Of a DNA stretch of 64,000 nucleotides, positions 43,215 through 53,973 are shown in pieces. How positions within the stretch are numbered: the first letter of the stretch is position 1; each line of letters starts with the position of its first letter. Location: the sequence record NC_014792.1. One strand, written 5' to 3'. Origin of the DNA: Escherichia phage vB_EcoM_VR7. The translations under genes were made by a program, and so were the position numbers. The notes under the pieces are model-generated. The model had not been told where the DNA came from. It worked only from the letters and a program-made list of their open reading frames with translations, and made no database searches.

Positions 43215-43478
43215 TCAGAATTTTACATACAATGTTGGCTTGTTTTCTTGCCAATTATAATTCCAGGTAAATGATGTAAATTTTTCTGCCCGCAGAAAAT
43301 CAGATATCTTTGCGCGATTTCCTTCTTCATACTCTTTTTCAGAAACTGCCATATTAACAGCATCTTTGCCATTCTCGGCAGCGGCAATAGCCACTTTGCG
43401 AAATATAACAATAAAGTCATTTGCAACTTTATCTTGTGATTCTTTAGCCATTTGGCGTAGTTCTTCTGCGAATGTCAT
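43215..43478 (-). CDS. Hypothetical small protein (87 aa)
   Basis: ORF track; compact coding between rnlB and the collagen-like gene. Confidence 0.45.
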   Translation of the reverse strand: MTFAEELRQMAKESQDKVANDFIVIFRKVAIAAAENGKDAVNMAVSEKEYEEGNRAKISDFLRAEKFTSFTWNYNWQENKPTLYVKF

Positions 43479-43678
43479 TTCTTCACCTTTTTGTTAAACA
43501 ACCGCTTGCGGTATACGATTTTCTCTCGTGACTTGAACTTTTCTTTAGCTTGTTCAACATCAACCCAGGCCTTTGCCATTTCTTTAGCGGTCCCGCCTAA
43601 TACCTTGGCGATTTCAATAAATGTCATACCAGTTTCATGCAGGAAATGTACTTTAACCTTATCCATAATGATTCCCAT
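43475..43678 (-). CDS. Hypothetical small protein, possibly helix-turn-helix (67 aa; start may be the internal ATG at 43666)
   Basis: ORF track; segment MTFIEIAKVLGGTAKEMAKAW looks HTH-like; stop overlaps the downstream start. Confidence 0.4.
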   Translation of the reverse strand: MGIIMDKVKVHFLHETGMTFIEIAKVLGGTAKEMAKAWVDVEQAKEKFKSREKIVYRKRLFNKKVKK

Positions 43679-43815
43679 GGTGAGTTAGGGAAGCTATCTT
43701 AACATGGAATTTTTAACTTGTAAACAGGAGTTTTATGCCAGATATTCTTGAACGTAAAGATTTACTTTACAACCGCCACTACCTTAATAAATATTAAATT
43801 AATAACGGAGGATTT

Positions 43816-45099
<1,284 letters not shown>

Positions 45100-45226
45100 T
45101 GCTACTGGGACTACACAACACGCCCACGAAGTAAAATATTTTATAATAGGACGCGACGGTTATACGGAAAATACTTCTGTTGGTGCTACTGTTACTATTG
45201 AAAAACTCTATAACTAAGGACTACAA

Positions 45227-46045
45227 ATGGCTATTACATTAAGTCCATCTTCAATAGACGTAGAATACGGTGACTCTTATACAGTCACTGCTAATATTCC
45301 AGATATTAGCCCTGGTTCATCTATTGTGTATAACTGGACTAAGAATAAAAAATTTATTAGTTCCGGAACTAATGTATTCACTGAAATAGCATCATCGGTA
45401 GAAACATTCAGTATTGCGTGCCGAATTGAAATTATATCACCGGATAAAAACACTGAATATATTTTATCGGATTCTTGCTTGGTTAATGTTAGTAAAAACA
45501 CAAAAGCGGACGGTATAAATTCTCAGCTAGTTTATTCACCAGATGTTCATAAAATAGGTGACCAAGTTATTCTTTCTGTAGAATCCCATCATGTAGACCC
45601 TGGCTATATTAAAGGAGTTATTTGGAAAGATCCATCGGGTAATGTCGTGTCAATTGGTAAAGAATATACGCATAAGATTAAGACGACAGAAGATGTTGTA
45701 GATGTAAAAATAGATTTGGCTTCTGAAAATTATGCCTATTACAATAAAACACTTCAAATTGTTCTTAAAGCTGTTGAAGAAGATAATTCGGAGTGTAGTG
45801 TAAGATATATTCATCCTTTAGACCACAGGGATTCAGGATACATCTGGATGGGTTGGTGGGTTATGGACGAAATTGAAAGGGCGACGGTAGAAGGATTAAA
45901 TTGGAAAGCGCCGGACGGTACTGACCTGAAGTATAAGTGTGACTTGAAAACTCTTTCTATAATGCTTGACTTATATAATAATGTTGAAGTACAAGAATCA
46001 AGGAATGGTTATATTCTAAACAGGGCAGATTTACTTCCAAAATAA
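45227..46045 (+). CDS. Hoc-like paralog: Ig-like domain plus Hoc-type C-terminal capsid-binding domain
   Basis: 272 aa; C-terminus YIHPLDHRDSGYIWMGWWVMDEI...VEVQESRNGYILNRADL closely parallels the Hoc C-terminus encoded convergently at 46071-47174. Confidence 0.7.
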   Translation: MAITLSPSSIDVEYGDSYTVTANIPDISPGSSIVYNWTKNKKFISSGTNVFTEIASSVETFSIACRIEIISPDKNTEYILSDSCLVNVSKNTKADGINSQLVYSPDVHKIGDQVILSVESHHVDPGYIKGVIWKDPSGNVVSIGKEYTHKIKTTEDVVDVKIDLASENYAYYNKTLQIVLKAVEEDNSECSVRYIHPLDHRDSGYIWMGWWVMDEIERATVEGLNWKAPDGTDLKYKCDLKTLSIMLDLYNNVEVQESRNGYILNRADLLPK

Positions 46046-46066
46046 AAAAGGGCCGCAAGGCCCTTT
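46046..46066. terminator. Bidirectional terminator between the convergent hoc paralog and hoc
   Basis: GGGCC-gcaa-GGCCC with flanking A/T runs on both strands. Confidence 0.65.
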
Positions 46067-46070
46067 ATCA

Positions 46071-47174
46071 TTAATAGACGTAATCGTATATAATACCAGC
46101 TTCCAATGCCGAACGGTGGACGATACGACCGTTACGAGATTCCTGTACATCAACTTCCGGGTAATCACTAAGCATTTTGGCTAATACCGCCAGATGACAA
46201 TAATATGGTGTATCCTCTTTAGTGGCTTTTTTCCAATCTGTACTTTCAGATGTTAATTTCTGAATAGCGTCCATAACCCACCAGCCACACCAAATATACG
46301 CAGTATTACGGACAGGAAGTGGATGTACATAAATTAAAGGGCATTCTTCTGGAATAACAGGCTCTGCTTCTTCCACCGTAACAGACTTATTACCTGATTT
46401 AACTGAATTTGTAAAGCCTGTTTGCGATGCGGTAACTTCACAAGTATATGACTTCAAGCCTTCAGTGGATTCCGTTATTGCTCTTGTTGCTTCTGTTGAG
46501 TTGTCGTCCCATTTATATGCAAGAGTAGCACCAGGGATAGCAGGAGACACAGAAGCTGTCAAATTGAATGGAACATCAACCGTCGCAGTAGACGGGCCTG
46601 AAATCTCAACAGTGAACTCAGGAAATGTATTGTTTTCGACCGTAACAACTACTGCCTCAGGATTAATAACTTGATTGTCATAATCTGCAGCAGAAACGGT
46701 AATTTGACAAGTTAAAGAAACTGGTCCTGCGACAGTAGCAGTACGAGTAATATCTTTAGTAATTTCACCGGTAGACCACAAATATGCTATTGTAGCTCCA
46801 CCAGGTTCACCTGTTACGTCGGCCGAAGCGTTATATTCCTCGCCAACTTTAACGGTTGGAGTGGAAGTTGTTAATGTTGCAGTTGCAGACATAGTCTTGT
46901 TATTAACTGTAATAGTTGTTTGAGCCTCTGCCGTTTCAGGCTCTCCTTCTTCCGGCGTTGTGGTGGCAACAACTTTAATTACTTTTGAACCTGCTGGGCC
47001 AGCTGCAATATAATCCATAGTAGCAATAACAGAAGCTTGTGGAACATCATCAACGGTCCATACAAAAGATTCGGTACCAGCGACAGCGGCTCCAGCTCCA
47101 GTGGCAGTAAAATTAGTTGTTGCACCTATAACCGCTGTAGGTGTTAAAGGGGCAATTGATACAGTATAAGCCAT
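46071..47174 (-). CDS. hoc: Hoc (highly immunogenic outer capsid protein; Ig-like domains plus capsid-binding domain)
   Basis: ORF track 46071..47186 trimmed to the ATG at 47174 (GGAG RBS); collinear with remembered T4 Hoc, including KVVATTTPEEGEPETAEA and C-terminal YVHPLP...YIWCGWWVMD...YPEVDVQESRNG. Confidence 0.9.
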   Translation of the reverse strand: MAYTVSIAPLTPTAVIGATTNFTATGAGAAVAGTESFVWTVDDVPQASVIATMDYIAAGPAGSKVIKVVATTTPEEGEPETAEAQTTITVNNKTMSATATLTTSTPTVKVGEEYNASADVTGEPGGATIAYLWSTGEITKDITRTATVAGPVSLTCQITVSAADYDNQVINPEAVVVTVENNTFPEFTVEISGPSTATVDVPFNLTASVSPAIPGATLAYKWDDNSTEATRAITESTEGLKSYTCEVTASQTGFTNSVKSGNKSVTVEEAEPVIPEECPLIYVHPLPVRNTAYIWCGWWVMDAIQKLTSESTDWKKATKEDTPYYCHLAVLAKMLSDYPEVDVQESRNGRIVHRSALEAGIIYDYVY

Positions 47175-47201
47175 AAAAATCTCCAAAAGGCCATAGTGGC
47201 C

Positions 47202-47882
47202 TTAGTTTAAACGAATAAAAGATGAGTTACGTGTTTCACGAATAAGAATGGAACCGTCACGATTGATATAGTAAATCAAACTAAACAATGTTTGGTGTGC
47301 GCTTGCATGAGTAAAAGAAGTAGGGCGTTCTTTCCAGTCCGGGGTCTCTTTAATCCACTGGTAAATCCACCAAGGGAGAGTACAATATCCAGGAGCTTTG
47401 CCCAGCATAAGCAGATTGGGGCTAAAATTTTTAGGCAGTGTAAATTTAGGAGTTTCAGCTTCGATGATTTGAGCGACAGCTTCTTCAAAGTCTTCGGAAA
47501 CAAACGGCACTTCAATTTCAACGAGTTTAACTTCTGATTCAGGAACAACTGCCTGGGTAACTTCGACTACTTCAACGGGTGCTTCTGGAGCATCAAACAA
47601 AAGAACAGCTTCAGGTTTAGCTGATTCTTCACCTTCAAACTTACTACCTGATAATTCATCATCAGCATTAATAAGGTCGGTGATGCTTAAGCCTTCGTTA
47701 TCGTCCGGCATAGGCATGTCAGCAAATGCTTTAAGTCCTGCTTCCAGGTCAATCAACATATTATTGAAAGTTTTTGTTTTCTTAACATCAACACCAAGCG
47801 ATGATGCATATTCAGCTAATTTTTCTTTGGCTTCTTTTTTCTCGAGGACACGAATTTCCTCAATATAGTTCTTATCAATCAT
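47202..47882 (-). CDS. inh: Inh-like protein (prohead protease inhibitor family), with a Hoc-like C-terminal domain
   Basis: 226 aa at the T4 inh position between hoc and uvsW; C-terminus PWWIYQWIKETPDWK...RETRN resembles the Hoc capsid-binding domain. Confidence 0.65.
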   Translation of the reverse strand: MIDKNYIEEIRVLEKKEAKEKLAEYASSLGVDVKKTKTFNNMLIDLEAGLKAFADMPMPDDNEGLSITDLINADDELSGSKFEGEESAKPEAVLLFDAPEAPVEVVEVTQAVVPESEVKLVEIEVPFVSEDFEEAVAQIIEAETPKFTLPKNFSPNLLMLGKAPGYCTLPWWIYQWIKETPDWKERPTSFTHASAHQTLFSLIYYINRDGSILIRETRNSSFIRLN

Positions 47883-47900
47883 AATGAACCTCGGTTATTG

Positions 47901-47908
47901 TATAAATA
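47901..47908 (+). promoter_or_regulatory. T4 late promoter TATAAATA (uvsW)
   Basis: Exact motif 29 nt upstream of the uvsW ATG. Confidence 0.6.
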
Positions 47909-47936
47909 TAGATATATTTATTACCTTGGAATCATC

Positions 47937-49436
47937 ATGGATATCAAAATCAACTTTTTAAATTTTAGTCATGTACATGTTGAATGTGAAGATAGTATCT
48001 TCTATGAACTCCGTGACTATTTCAGTTTTGAAGCCGAAAACTATCGGTTTAACCCTAAATTCAAAGCGGGAGTTTGGGACGGACGTATCCGTCTCCTGGA
48101 TTATAACCGTAAATTACCATACGGCTTAGTTAACCAGATTAAAAAATTCGCTGACCAGTTTGGTTATTCATTTTGGATTGACCCTCAAATCACCGAGAAA
48201 GAGGAAATCTCTCGTGCGGATTTCGATAAATGGGTCGAGTCAAAAGAAATCTATTCAGGCCATACCAAGATTACTCCCCATTGGTACCAAACAGACGCCG
48301 TATACGACGGTCTGGTCAACAGAAGAAAGATATTGAACTTACCTACGTCTGCAGGTAAAAGCCTCATCCAGGCGCTTCTGGCGCGATATTATCTCGAGAA
48401 CTATGAAGGCAAGGTTCTTATCCTTGTACCTACAACCGCGCTTGTTGACCAGATGATTAACGATTTCGTCGATTACAGATTGTTCCCTCGAGAAGCTTGT
48501 CTCGGTATCCGTTCCGGAACTAAACGTGATTCAGATGCAATGATTTATGTGTCTACTTATCAGACGGCAGTAAAACAACCTAAAGAATGGTTTTCACAGT
48601 TCGGTCAGTTTATGAATGATGAATGCCATATGGCTACTGGTAAATCCATTTCGACTGTTATCGAAGGCCTGACTAATTGTATGTTTAAATTTGGTCTCTC
48701 TGGTTCTCTCCGTGACGGCAAAGCAAACCTTATGCAATATATGGGTCTGTTTGGTGATATCTTTAAACCAGTATCCACATCCCAATTAATGGATGAAGGC
48801 CAAGTTACTGACCTTAAGATAAATAGTATTTTCCTTCGTTACCCTGATGAATTCACCGTTAAAATGAAAGGCAAATCTTATCAAGATGAAATCAAGGTAA
48901 TTACAAAAGCTACACGTAGAAATAAATGGGTAACAAACCTCGCACTCAAGCTTGCTAAAAAAGATGAAAACGTCTTTTTGATGTTTAAGAATATCGAGCA
49001 TGGTAAATCGATGTTTGAAATGCTTAAGGAAGCAGGTCATGAGAACGTGTATTATGTTTCTGGGGAAGTTGATACAGAAACACGTAACGCATTAAAGGTC
49101 ATGGCAGAGAATGGAAAGGGAATTATCGTTGTAGCTTCATATGGTGTATTCTCGACGGGGATTTCCGTTAAAAACCTCCATCATATTATTTTCGCTCACC
49201 CGGTCAAGTCAAAGGTAATTGTACTCCAGACAATTGGTCGTGTACTTCGAAAACATGAATCCAAATCGCAAGCAAACGTTTTTGATATCGTGGATGATAT
49301 GGGTGTTAAACCTAAATCGGCAAATGCTAAAAAGAAATATGTTCATTTGAACTTCGCCCTAAAACATGGCCTTGAACGTATACAACGATATGCTGATGAA
49401 CGTTTTAACTATGTAATTAAACAGGTGGAAATATAA
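47937..49436 (+). CDS. uvsW: UvsW DNA/RNA helicase (SF2)
   Basis: ORF track 47898.. trimmed to MDIKINF; Walker A LPTSAGKS, DECH box; about 500 aa. Confidence 0.9.
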   Translation: MDIKINFLNFSHVHVECEDSIFYELRDYFSFEAENYRFNPKFKAGVWDGRIRLLDYNRKLPYGLVNQIKKFADQFGYSFWIDPQITEKEEISRADFDKWVESKEIYSGHTKITPHWYQTDAVYDGLVNRRKILNLPTSAGKSLIQALLARYYLENYEGKVLILVPTTALVDQMINDFVDYRLFPREACLGIRSGTKRDSDAMIYVSTYQTAVKQPKEWFSQFGQFMNDECHMATGKSISTVIEGLTNCMFKFGLSGSLRDGKANLMQYMGLFGDIFKPVSTSQLMDEGQVTDLKINSIFLRYPDEFTVKMKGKSYQDEIKVITKATRRNKWVTNLALKLAKKDENVFLMFKNIEHGKSMFEMLKEAGHENVYYVSGEVDTETRNALKVMAENGKGIIVVASYGVFSTGISVKNLHHIIFAHPVKSKVIVLQTIGRVLRKHESKSQANVFDIVDDMGVKPKSANAKKKYVHLNFALKHGLERIQRYADERFNYVIKQVEI

Positions 49437-49663
49437 TGAAGTCATTTGAAGAAATTATGTATGAAGCGGCAATTGAAAGCTTCATGTCTAAGATAGGTTC
49501 TTGTCAGACCATGGACGGTCTGAAGGAGCTGGAAGGTTATTATAAAAAGCGCAGCAAAGAAGCTGAATTGAAAGATTCCGATGATATCAGTGTTCGCGAT
49601 GCTCTAGCAGGTAAACGTGCCGAGCTTGAGGATATGGACGACGAAGAAGACGAAGATTTCTAA
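49436..49663 (+). CDS. uvsW.1: UvsW.1-like small acidic protein
   Basis: 75 aa directly after uvsW with overlapping stop/start; acidic C-terminus. Confidence 0.65.
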   Translation: MKSFEEIMYEAAIESFMSKIGSCQTMDGLKELEGYYKKRSKEAELKDSDDISVRDALAGKRAELEDMDDEEDEDF

Positions 49664-49665
49664 AT

Positions 49666-49694
49666 AAAAAGGCCCCAACCAAAAAGGAAGGGGC
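49666..49694 (-). terminator. Putative terminator (minus strand)
   Basis: GCCCC / GGGGC stem with a T-run on the minus strand. Confidence 0.4.
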
Positions 49695-49720
49695 AAAACC
49701 AAAATGGTTAACAACACTAG

Positions 49721-49888
49721 CTAAATTAAAAGTTGGGTCTCGTTCAGTTGCTCTTGAGTATTTTCCGTAACTGGCAAACTCTGAACATAATTATAACAGG
49801 CGCCCGGATGCACCGGACCTTGGTCTGTATCCACAACCAATGCAGAATCGATTGGAGTTTTACAGACAACACAAATCTTATCTGACAT
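49721..49888 (-). CDS. Hypothetical small protein (55 aa, Cys-containing)
   Basis: Not in the ORF track (below cutoff); ATG at 49888 with strong GAGGAG RBS; MSDKICVVCKTPID... Confidence 0.4.
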   Translation of the reverse strand: MSDKICVVCKTPIDSALVVDTDQGPVHPGACYNYVQSLPVTENTQEQLNETQLLI

Positions 49889-49917
49889 GATTGTCTCCTC
49901 AGTTAAACTTACATATC

Positions 49918-50022
49918 TATTTAGTGCTTCTTTAATGCGGCATTAATAAACTGTTGAAATTCACGCATCTTCTCTTCAGAAGGTTTTAATGGTTTTCTAA
50001 TATTTGCTTTACGACAACCCAT
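49918..50022 (-). CDS. Hypothetical very small basic protein (34 aa) translationally coupled to uvsY
   Basis: ATG overlaps the uvsY stop (TGATG); MGCRKANIRKPLKPSEEK... Confidence 0.3.
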
Positions 50023-50456
50023 CATTTACCTGCCTCAAATTGTCTTATTTCTAACATATGTTTAAGTGCGAAACTTCGTGACTTAACACCATCTAATGCA
50101 GCGCTACAGAAGTCCTGGAGCAGTGCCCAATATTGAATTGAAGTATCAATCTTAAGCACGCTTGAATCTGCAGCCATGACTGTTTTCAATTCTGACTTCT
50201 CGTACACATCCATGCATACTTCTTCCCCTGGGTCACCCCTTCCTGTATAATGGTCTAGTCGTTTTTTCAGTGCAGTCTTCTTCTGAATCTCAAGACGCAT
50301 TATTTCTTTCTTGCAGTTAGTATACAATCTCAACCATTTGCTATGCAACAAAACGTTGTTTTGTGTTTCATATTGAATTTGTGTACCATCAATTTTTAAA
50401 TCTGCATCCAACTCATCCTGAAATACTTCCAACTTATATTCAATCTCTGTTTTCAT
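50022..50456 (-). CDS. uvsY: UvsY recombination mediator protein
   Basis: ORF track 50022..50486 trimmed to the ATG at 50456 because the extension lies in the promoter; LHSKWLRL...EIMRLEIQKK...DFCSAALD...FEAGK collinear with remembered T4 UvsY. Confidence 0.9.
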   Translation of the reverse strand: MKTEIEYKLEVFQDELDADLKIDGTQIQYETQNNVLLHSKWLRLYTNCKKEIMRLEIQKKTALKKRLDHYTGRGDPGEEVCMDVYEKSELKTVMAADSSVLKIDTSIQYWALLQDFCSAALDGVKSRSFALKHMLEIRQFEAGK

Positions 50457-50484
50457 AATGTATCCAATGTAAGGGTCTAGAACC

Positions 50485-50510
50485 ATTATACAGCCATAAA
50501 ATTAAAGCAT
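50485..50510 (-). promoter_or_regulatory. T4 middle-type promoter (MotA box ATGCTTTA + 12 nt + TATAAT) for uvsY
   Basis: Minus strand TGCTTTA-N12-TATAAT within the ggtctagaaccattata element. Confidence 0.5.
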
Positions 50511-50899
50511 TAACCGTTTTGACTTAACTGAATCCTGATTTGTTCGAGGGTGTCAGGGTCATCAACAATGCTGAACTGAACCGTTACGATGATGGAGTTA
50601 TCATCATACATAGGGACAACCGCAACCTGTAGATTGCTTATCCTTGGTTCGAAGTTCCGCACCGCGGAGACGATGTTGCGTTTAATAGTATCTGTGATTA
50701 ATGGAGTGATATTCTCAAAAAGCTGATTACTTATATCACATCCAAATTCAGGCATAAAAGGCCTTGACCCTTTTCTTGTGGTGATTATTCCCAGAAGACT
50801 GTTCTTAACAGACCTTGCACCAGTTACTTTAGCAACGTCTTTATCCCAACTCATTGACAAGTCGGGAGGCACATCGCTATACATTTTGTTTATATTCAT
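50510..50899 (-). CDS. 25: gp25 baseplate wedge protein
   Basis: 129 aa; NSLLGIITTRKGSRPF..PEFGCD matches remembered T4 gp25. Confidence 0.92.
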   Translation of the reverse strand: MNINKMYSDVPPDLSMSWDKDVAKVTGARSVKNSLLGIITTRKGSRPFMPEFGCDISNQLFENITPLITDTIKRNIVSAVRNFEPRISNLQVAVVPMYDDNSIIVTVQFSIVDDPDTLEQIRIQLSQNG

Positions 50900-51529
50900 T
50901 TACATAAACTTAAACTTAAAGAATTCTTTAAGCCCCTTAATTACATGGACAGAATGCGCTCCACACTCACAAGAGATAGGAATAGCCATTTGGACCTGTG
51001 GCTTGAGAAGTTCTTCCGTTAGTGCATTGATATCATCGAGGGTAATTGCATTGTACAGGTCCTCGATTTCGGCCTCATTTAAGTCATCAACAACGATGCG
51101 CTCGCCGCCTTCGGTGATAATATATTCAATGCAACAAGCAATCATTTTTCCTTTATCACCGTCTTCAAACAGTCCAGGATAACGGAATTTGATTTTAAAC
51201 GACCCAAAATCACGAATAACTTCAGACTCGTCCACGATGCTCGCACGGCTAATCGTTACCGGAATATCTTGTTCCTTTCCACACTCACATACCCATGTAT
51301 GCTCGACGTTGACAGCTCCGAGACTATTTGCCCAGAGATTAATAAGAAGCAGCTCGGCTTCCTGTTTGTTTAACCCTTTAGCATCAGTGCATTTATTAAG
51401 CAGTTCAATTATTGCAGGTTCCATACGCTTTTCTAATTTTGCCTGAAGCAAATCTTTATATTCGCGCAAGGTAAAAGCCCTACAATTTATAGTTTTATTT
51501 TTAATTTGGACAATAAATTCATAAGTCAT
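50900..51529 (-). CDS. 26: gp26 baseplate hub protein
   Basis: ORF track 50900..51562 trimmed to the ATG at 51529 with AAGGAG RBS; synteny. Confidence 0.8.
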   Translation of the reverse strand: MTYEFIVQIKNKTINCRAFTLREYKDLLQAKLEKRMEPAIIELLNKCTDAKGLNKQEAELLLINLWANSLGAVNVEHTWVCECGKEQDIPVTISRASIVDESEVIRDFGSFKIKFRYPGLFEDGDKGKMIACCIEYIITEGGERIVVDDLNEAEIEDLYNAITLDDINALTEELLKPQVQMAIPISCECGAHSVHVIKGLKEFFKFKFM

Positions 51530-51546
51530 AATTTGCTCCTTTACTG

Positions 51547-51558
51547 TATTTATAAATA
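51547..51558. promoter_or_regulatory. Overlapping divergent T4 late promoters (TATTTATAAATA): minus for 26-25, plus for 51-27
   Basis: Plus tataaata 51551-51558; minus TATAAATA 51554..51547. Confidence 0.6.
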
Positions 51559-51582
51559 TCAATAAAGATAAAAGGGGATTCT

Positions 51583-52335
51583 ATGGCCAATATCGTAAGA
51601 TGTGAAATGCCAGACGGAGTTCATCGTTTCAAACCGTTTACAGTCGCTGATTACCGTGATTTACTGCTTGTGCGAAACGACATGAACAACAAACCCGTCG
51701 AAGAACAAAAACAATTATTAGACGAACTGTTAGAAGATTATTTTGGAGAGTATCCGAAAGCATGGAGACCTTACATATTCCTGAAGGTATTCACTTCCTC
51801 TATCGGCAAGACGAAAGTCCCGGTAGCGTTCGAATGTCAAAAATGTAAAAAGACAAAGCAGACTTTGTTTAACATGAGCCAAGGTCCATTGATAAATCCA
51901 ACGATGGAAACCGCAGGGATAAAAATACAATTTAAGTTCCCTGAAGTGGAATATAAAGATAAGTCGGAGCTTGTTCTAAACACCATCCAGACTGTCGAAG
52001 ACTCGGAACAAAAGTACAATTGGGAAGACCTTCCTGAAGAAACGAAGATGCAGGTTATTGATGCCATTGATATAGAGAGCCTCGAAGAGCTCCTTAAGAA
52101 AATGCACTCGATTTATCTTCCATTTACATATGGTTGTTGCGAAAAGCACAAAACCGAATACACTGACCTGCTTGATGTCTTTAAGCTCATCCTTAACCCG
52201 GATGAAGTCTTTGTATTTTATCAAATTAACCACTTGCTGGTAAAGAATCAATATTCGCTGGATAGCATCATGCAAATGATTCCTATCGAACGAGGTATCG
52301 CTTTATCGTTAGTTGAGAAGGACTTGAAGAAATGA
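51583..52335 (+). CDS. 51: gp51 baseplate hub assembly catalyst
   Basis: 250 aa; synteny between 26 and 27. Confidence 0.8.
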   Translation: MANIVRCEMPDGVHRFKPFTVADYRDLLLVRNDMNNKPVEEQKQLLDELLEDYFGEYPKAWRPYIFLKVFTSSIGKTKVPVAFECQKCKKTKQTLFNMSQGPLINPTMETAGIKIQFKFPEVEYKDKSELVLNTIQTVEDSEQKYNWEDLPEETKMQVIDAIDIESLEELLKKMHSIYLPFTYGCCEKHKTEYTDLLDVFKLILNPDEVFVFYQINHLLVKNQYSLDSIMQMIPIERGIALSLVEKDLKK

Positions 52336-53501
52336 CAGCTAAATCTATGCAGCGCGAAGGCTTTCCTAATATCAGCATACGCCTTTATGAAGATTATGAT
52401 GCCTGGCTTGAACACCGTTTTGTAGAACTGGCTGCAACATTTACAACGTTAACCATGCGTGATTCCCTTTATGGAAGAAACGAGGGGCTGTTGCAATTCT
52501 ATGACACAAAGAACTTACATACAAAAATGAATGGCGAACAAATTATTCAGGTCTCCGTTAAGAATGCCAACTCAGACCGAACCCAATCCAGGATATATGG
52601 AAGCAAGCACTTTGCTGTTTCTGTGGATGCAAAGGGTGATAACATAATTACAATTCAACTGGCGCCCATTCACGAAATTGAAGACCTGAAATTTAGTCGT
52701 ATGTTTTACCCGAGTGTACAAGAAACATTAGTCGAAATGACCGGGGTAATTTATCAGGACCGACCATTACTTGCTCCTCCGATAAACGGCATAAACGTTT
52801 ATGCTCCTAATGTTCCATGGTGTGATTCGATGAACCAATATATGGAATTCATAAGGGAAGTAGGTCTTGCAGTTGAGTCTGATAAATTTGTATTTGTATG
52901 GGAAGATATCGATGGCATAAGTATTCAGGATTATGAATGGTTAACTACACAAGAGCCGATTAATTTTGTGGTGGGTGAACCTCGATTGGTTGGTCAGTTT
53001 GTACAAAACCTCGAGACTCCGTTAGCCTTCGATTTTGAATGGTTAACAAAGGCAAACCAACATACAAGAAAACCATATGAAAACGCAACCGTGTACGCAC
53101 ATTCATTCCTTGACAAGAATGCAACCAGAATAACTTTTGGGGAAGGACAAAACAGCATTCTGGTATCTCGTTCCGGGGGATATTCGGATTACACATACCG
53201 AAATGGTTTCGAGGAAGCACAACGATTAATAACCATGTCTCAATATGATGGTTACGCGCACTGCAAAACATACGGGAACTTTGAATTAACCCCGGGTGAT
53301 AAGATTAACTTCTATGACCCGAAGAACCAATTCAAATATGATTTTTACGTAGACGAAGTTATTCATGAAGTGAGTAACAATACATCAATTACAAACCTCT
53401 ATATGTTTACCAATGGTAAGCCTATCGAAGTTGAAGAACCACCGAAGGTTAAAAATGAACTTAAAACTGATTCTGCCGACGAAGAAAATACAGCTGGGTG
53501 A
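52332..53501 (+). CDS. 27: gp27 baseplate hub protein
   Basis: 389 aa; synteny. Confidence 0.9.
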   Translation: MTAKSMQREGFPNISIRLYEDYDAWLEHRFVELAATFTTLTMRDSLYGRNEGLLQFYDTKNLHTKMNGEQIIQVSVKNANSDRTQSRIYGSKHFAVSVDAKGDNIITIQLAPIHEIEDLKFSRMFYPSVQETLVEMTGVIYQDRPLLAPPINGINVYAPNVPWCDSMNQYMEFIREVGLAVESDKFVFVWEDIDGISIQDYEWLTTQEPINFVVGEPRLVGQFVQNLETPLAFDFEWLTKANQHTRKPYENATVYAHSFLDKNATRITFGEGQNSILVSRSGGYSDYTYRNGFEEAQRLITMSQYDGYAHCKTYGNFELTPGDKINFYDPKNQFKYDFYVDEVIHEVSNNTSITNLYMFTNGKPIEVEEPPKVKNELKTDSADEENTAG

Positions 53502-53973
53502 TAAAGAGATTCATGTACCTAAGCTTGGACTTAAGCATCACAATCTGATTAAAAACGAACCTAATCCTTATGCTGCATTAAGAAAGATTATGCAATCGGT
53601 ATTCCCTAATCTTACAGCAGCCGAATCCGACTTTGTATCTTTACATCTTCTGGAATTCAATGGTAAGCTAAAAGACAAACGCGAGATTAATGGATTTACA
53701 TATAAGCTGGATGATGTTTATATCTGTCAGCGCCTTGAATTCTCTTATCAAGGAAAGACATTTAAATTCCGCTCTAATAAACCGTATGAAGAATTCGGAC
53801 CAGTTGACAATCTCCTGGAGACCCTTTATCTCGGGGAAGATGTTCCAGACTTTCTGGATATGCCTGCTTTTGTTGCTAAGTGGGCAGACGATATCACAAG
53901 CACATTAGCAATCCCGGGTCCAAATGGTCCTGTTAAGGGGTTACTGAAAATAATGGAACTCCTAAATGAATAA
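53455..53973 (+). CDS. 28: gp28 baseplate hub distal protein
   Basis: ORF track 53413.. trimmed to the ATG at 53455 (RBS); overlaps the gp27 end. Confidence 0.75.
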   Translation: MNLKLILPTKKIQLGDKEIHVPKLGLKHHNLIKNEPNPYAALRKIMQSVFPNLTAAESDFVSLHLLEFNGKLKDKREINGFTYKLDDVYICQRLEFSYQGKTFKFRSNKPYEEFGPVDNLLETLYLGEDVPDFLDMPAFVAKWADDITSTLAIPGPNGPVKGLLKIMELLNE

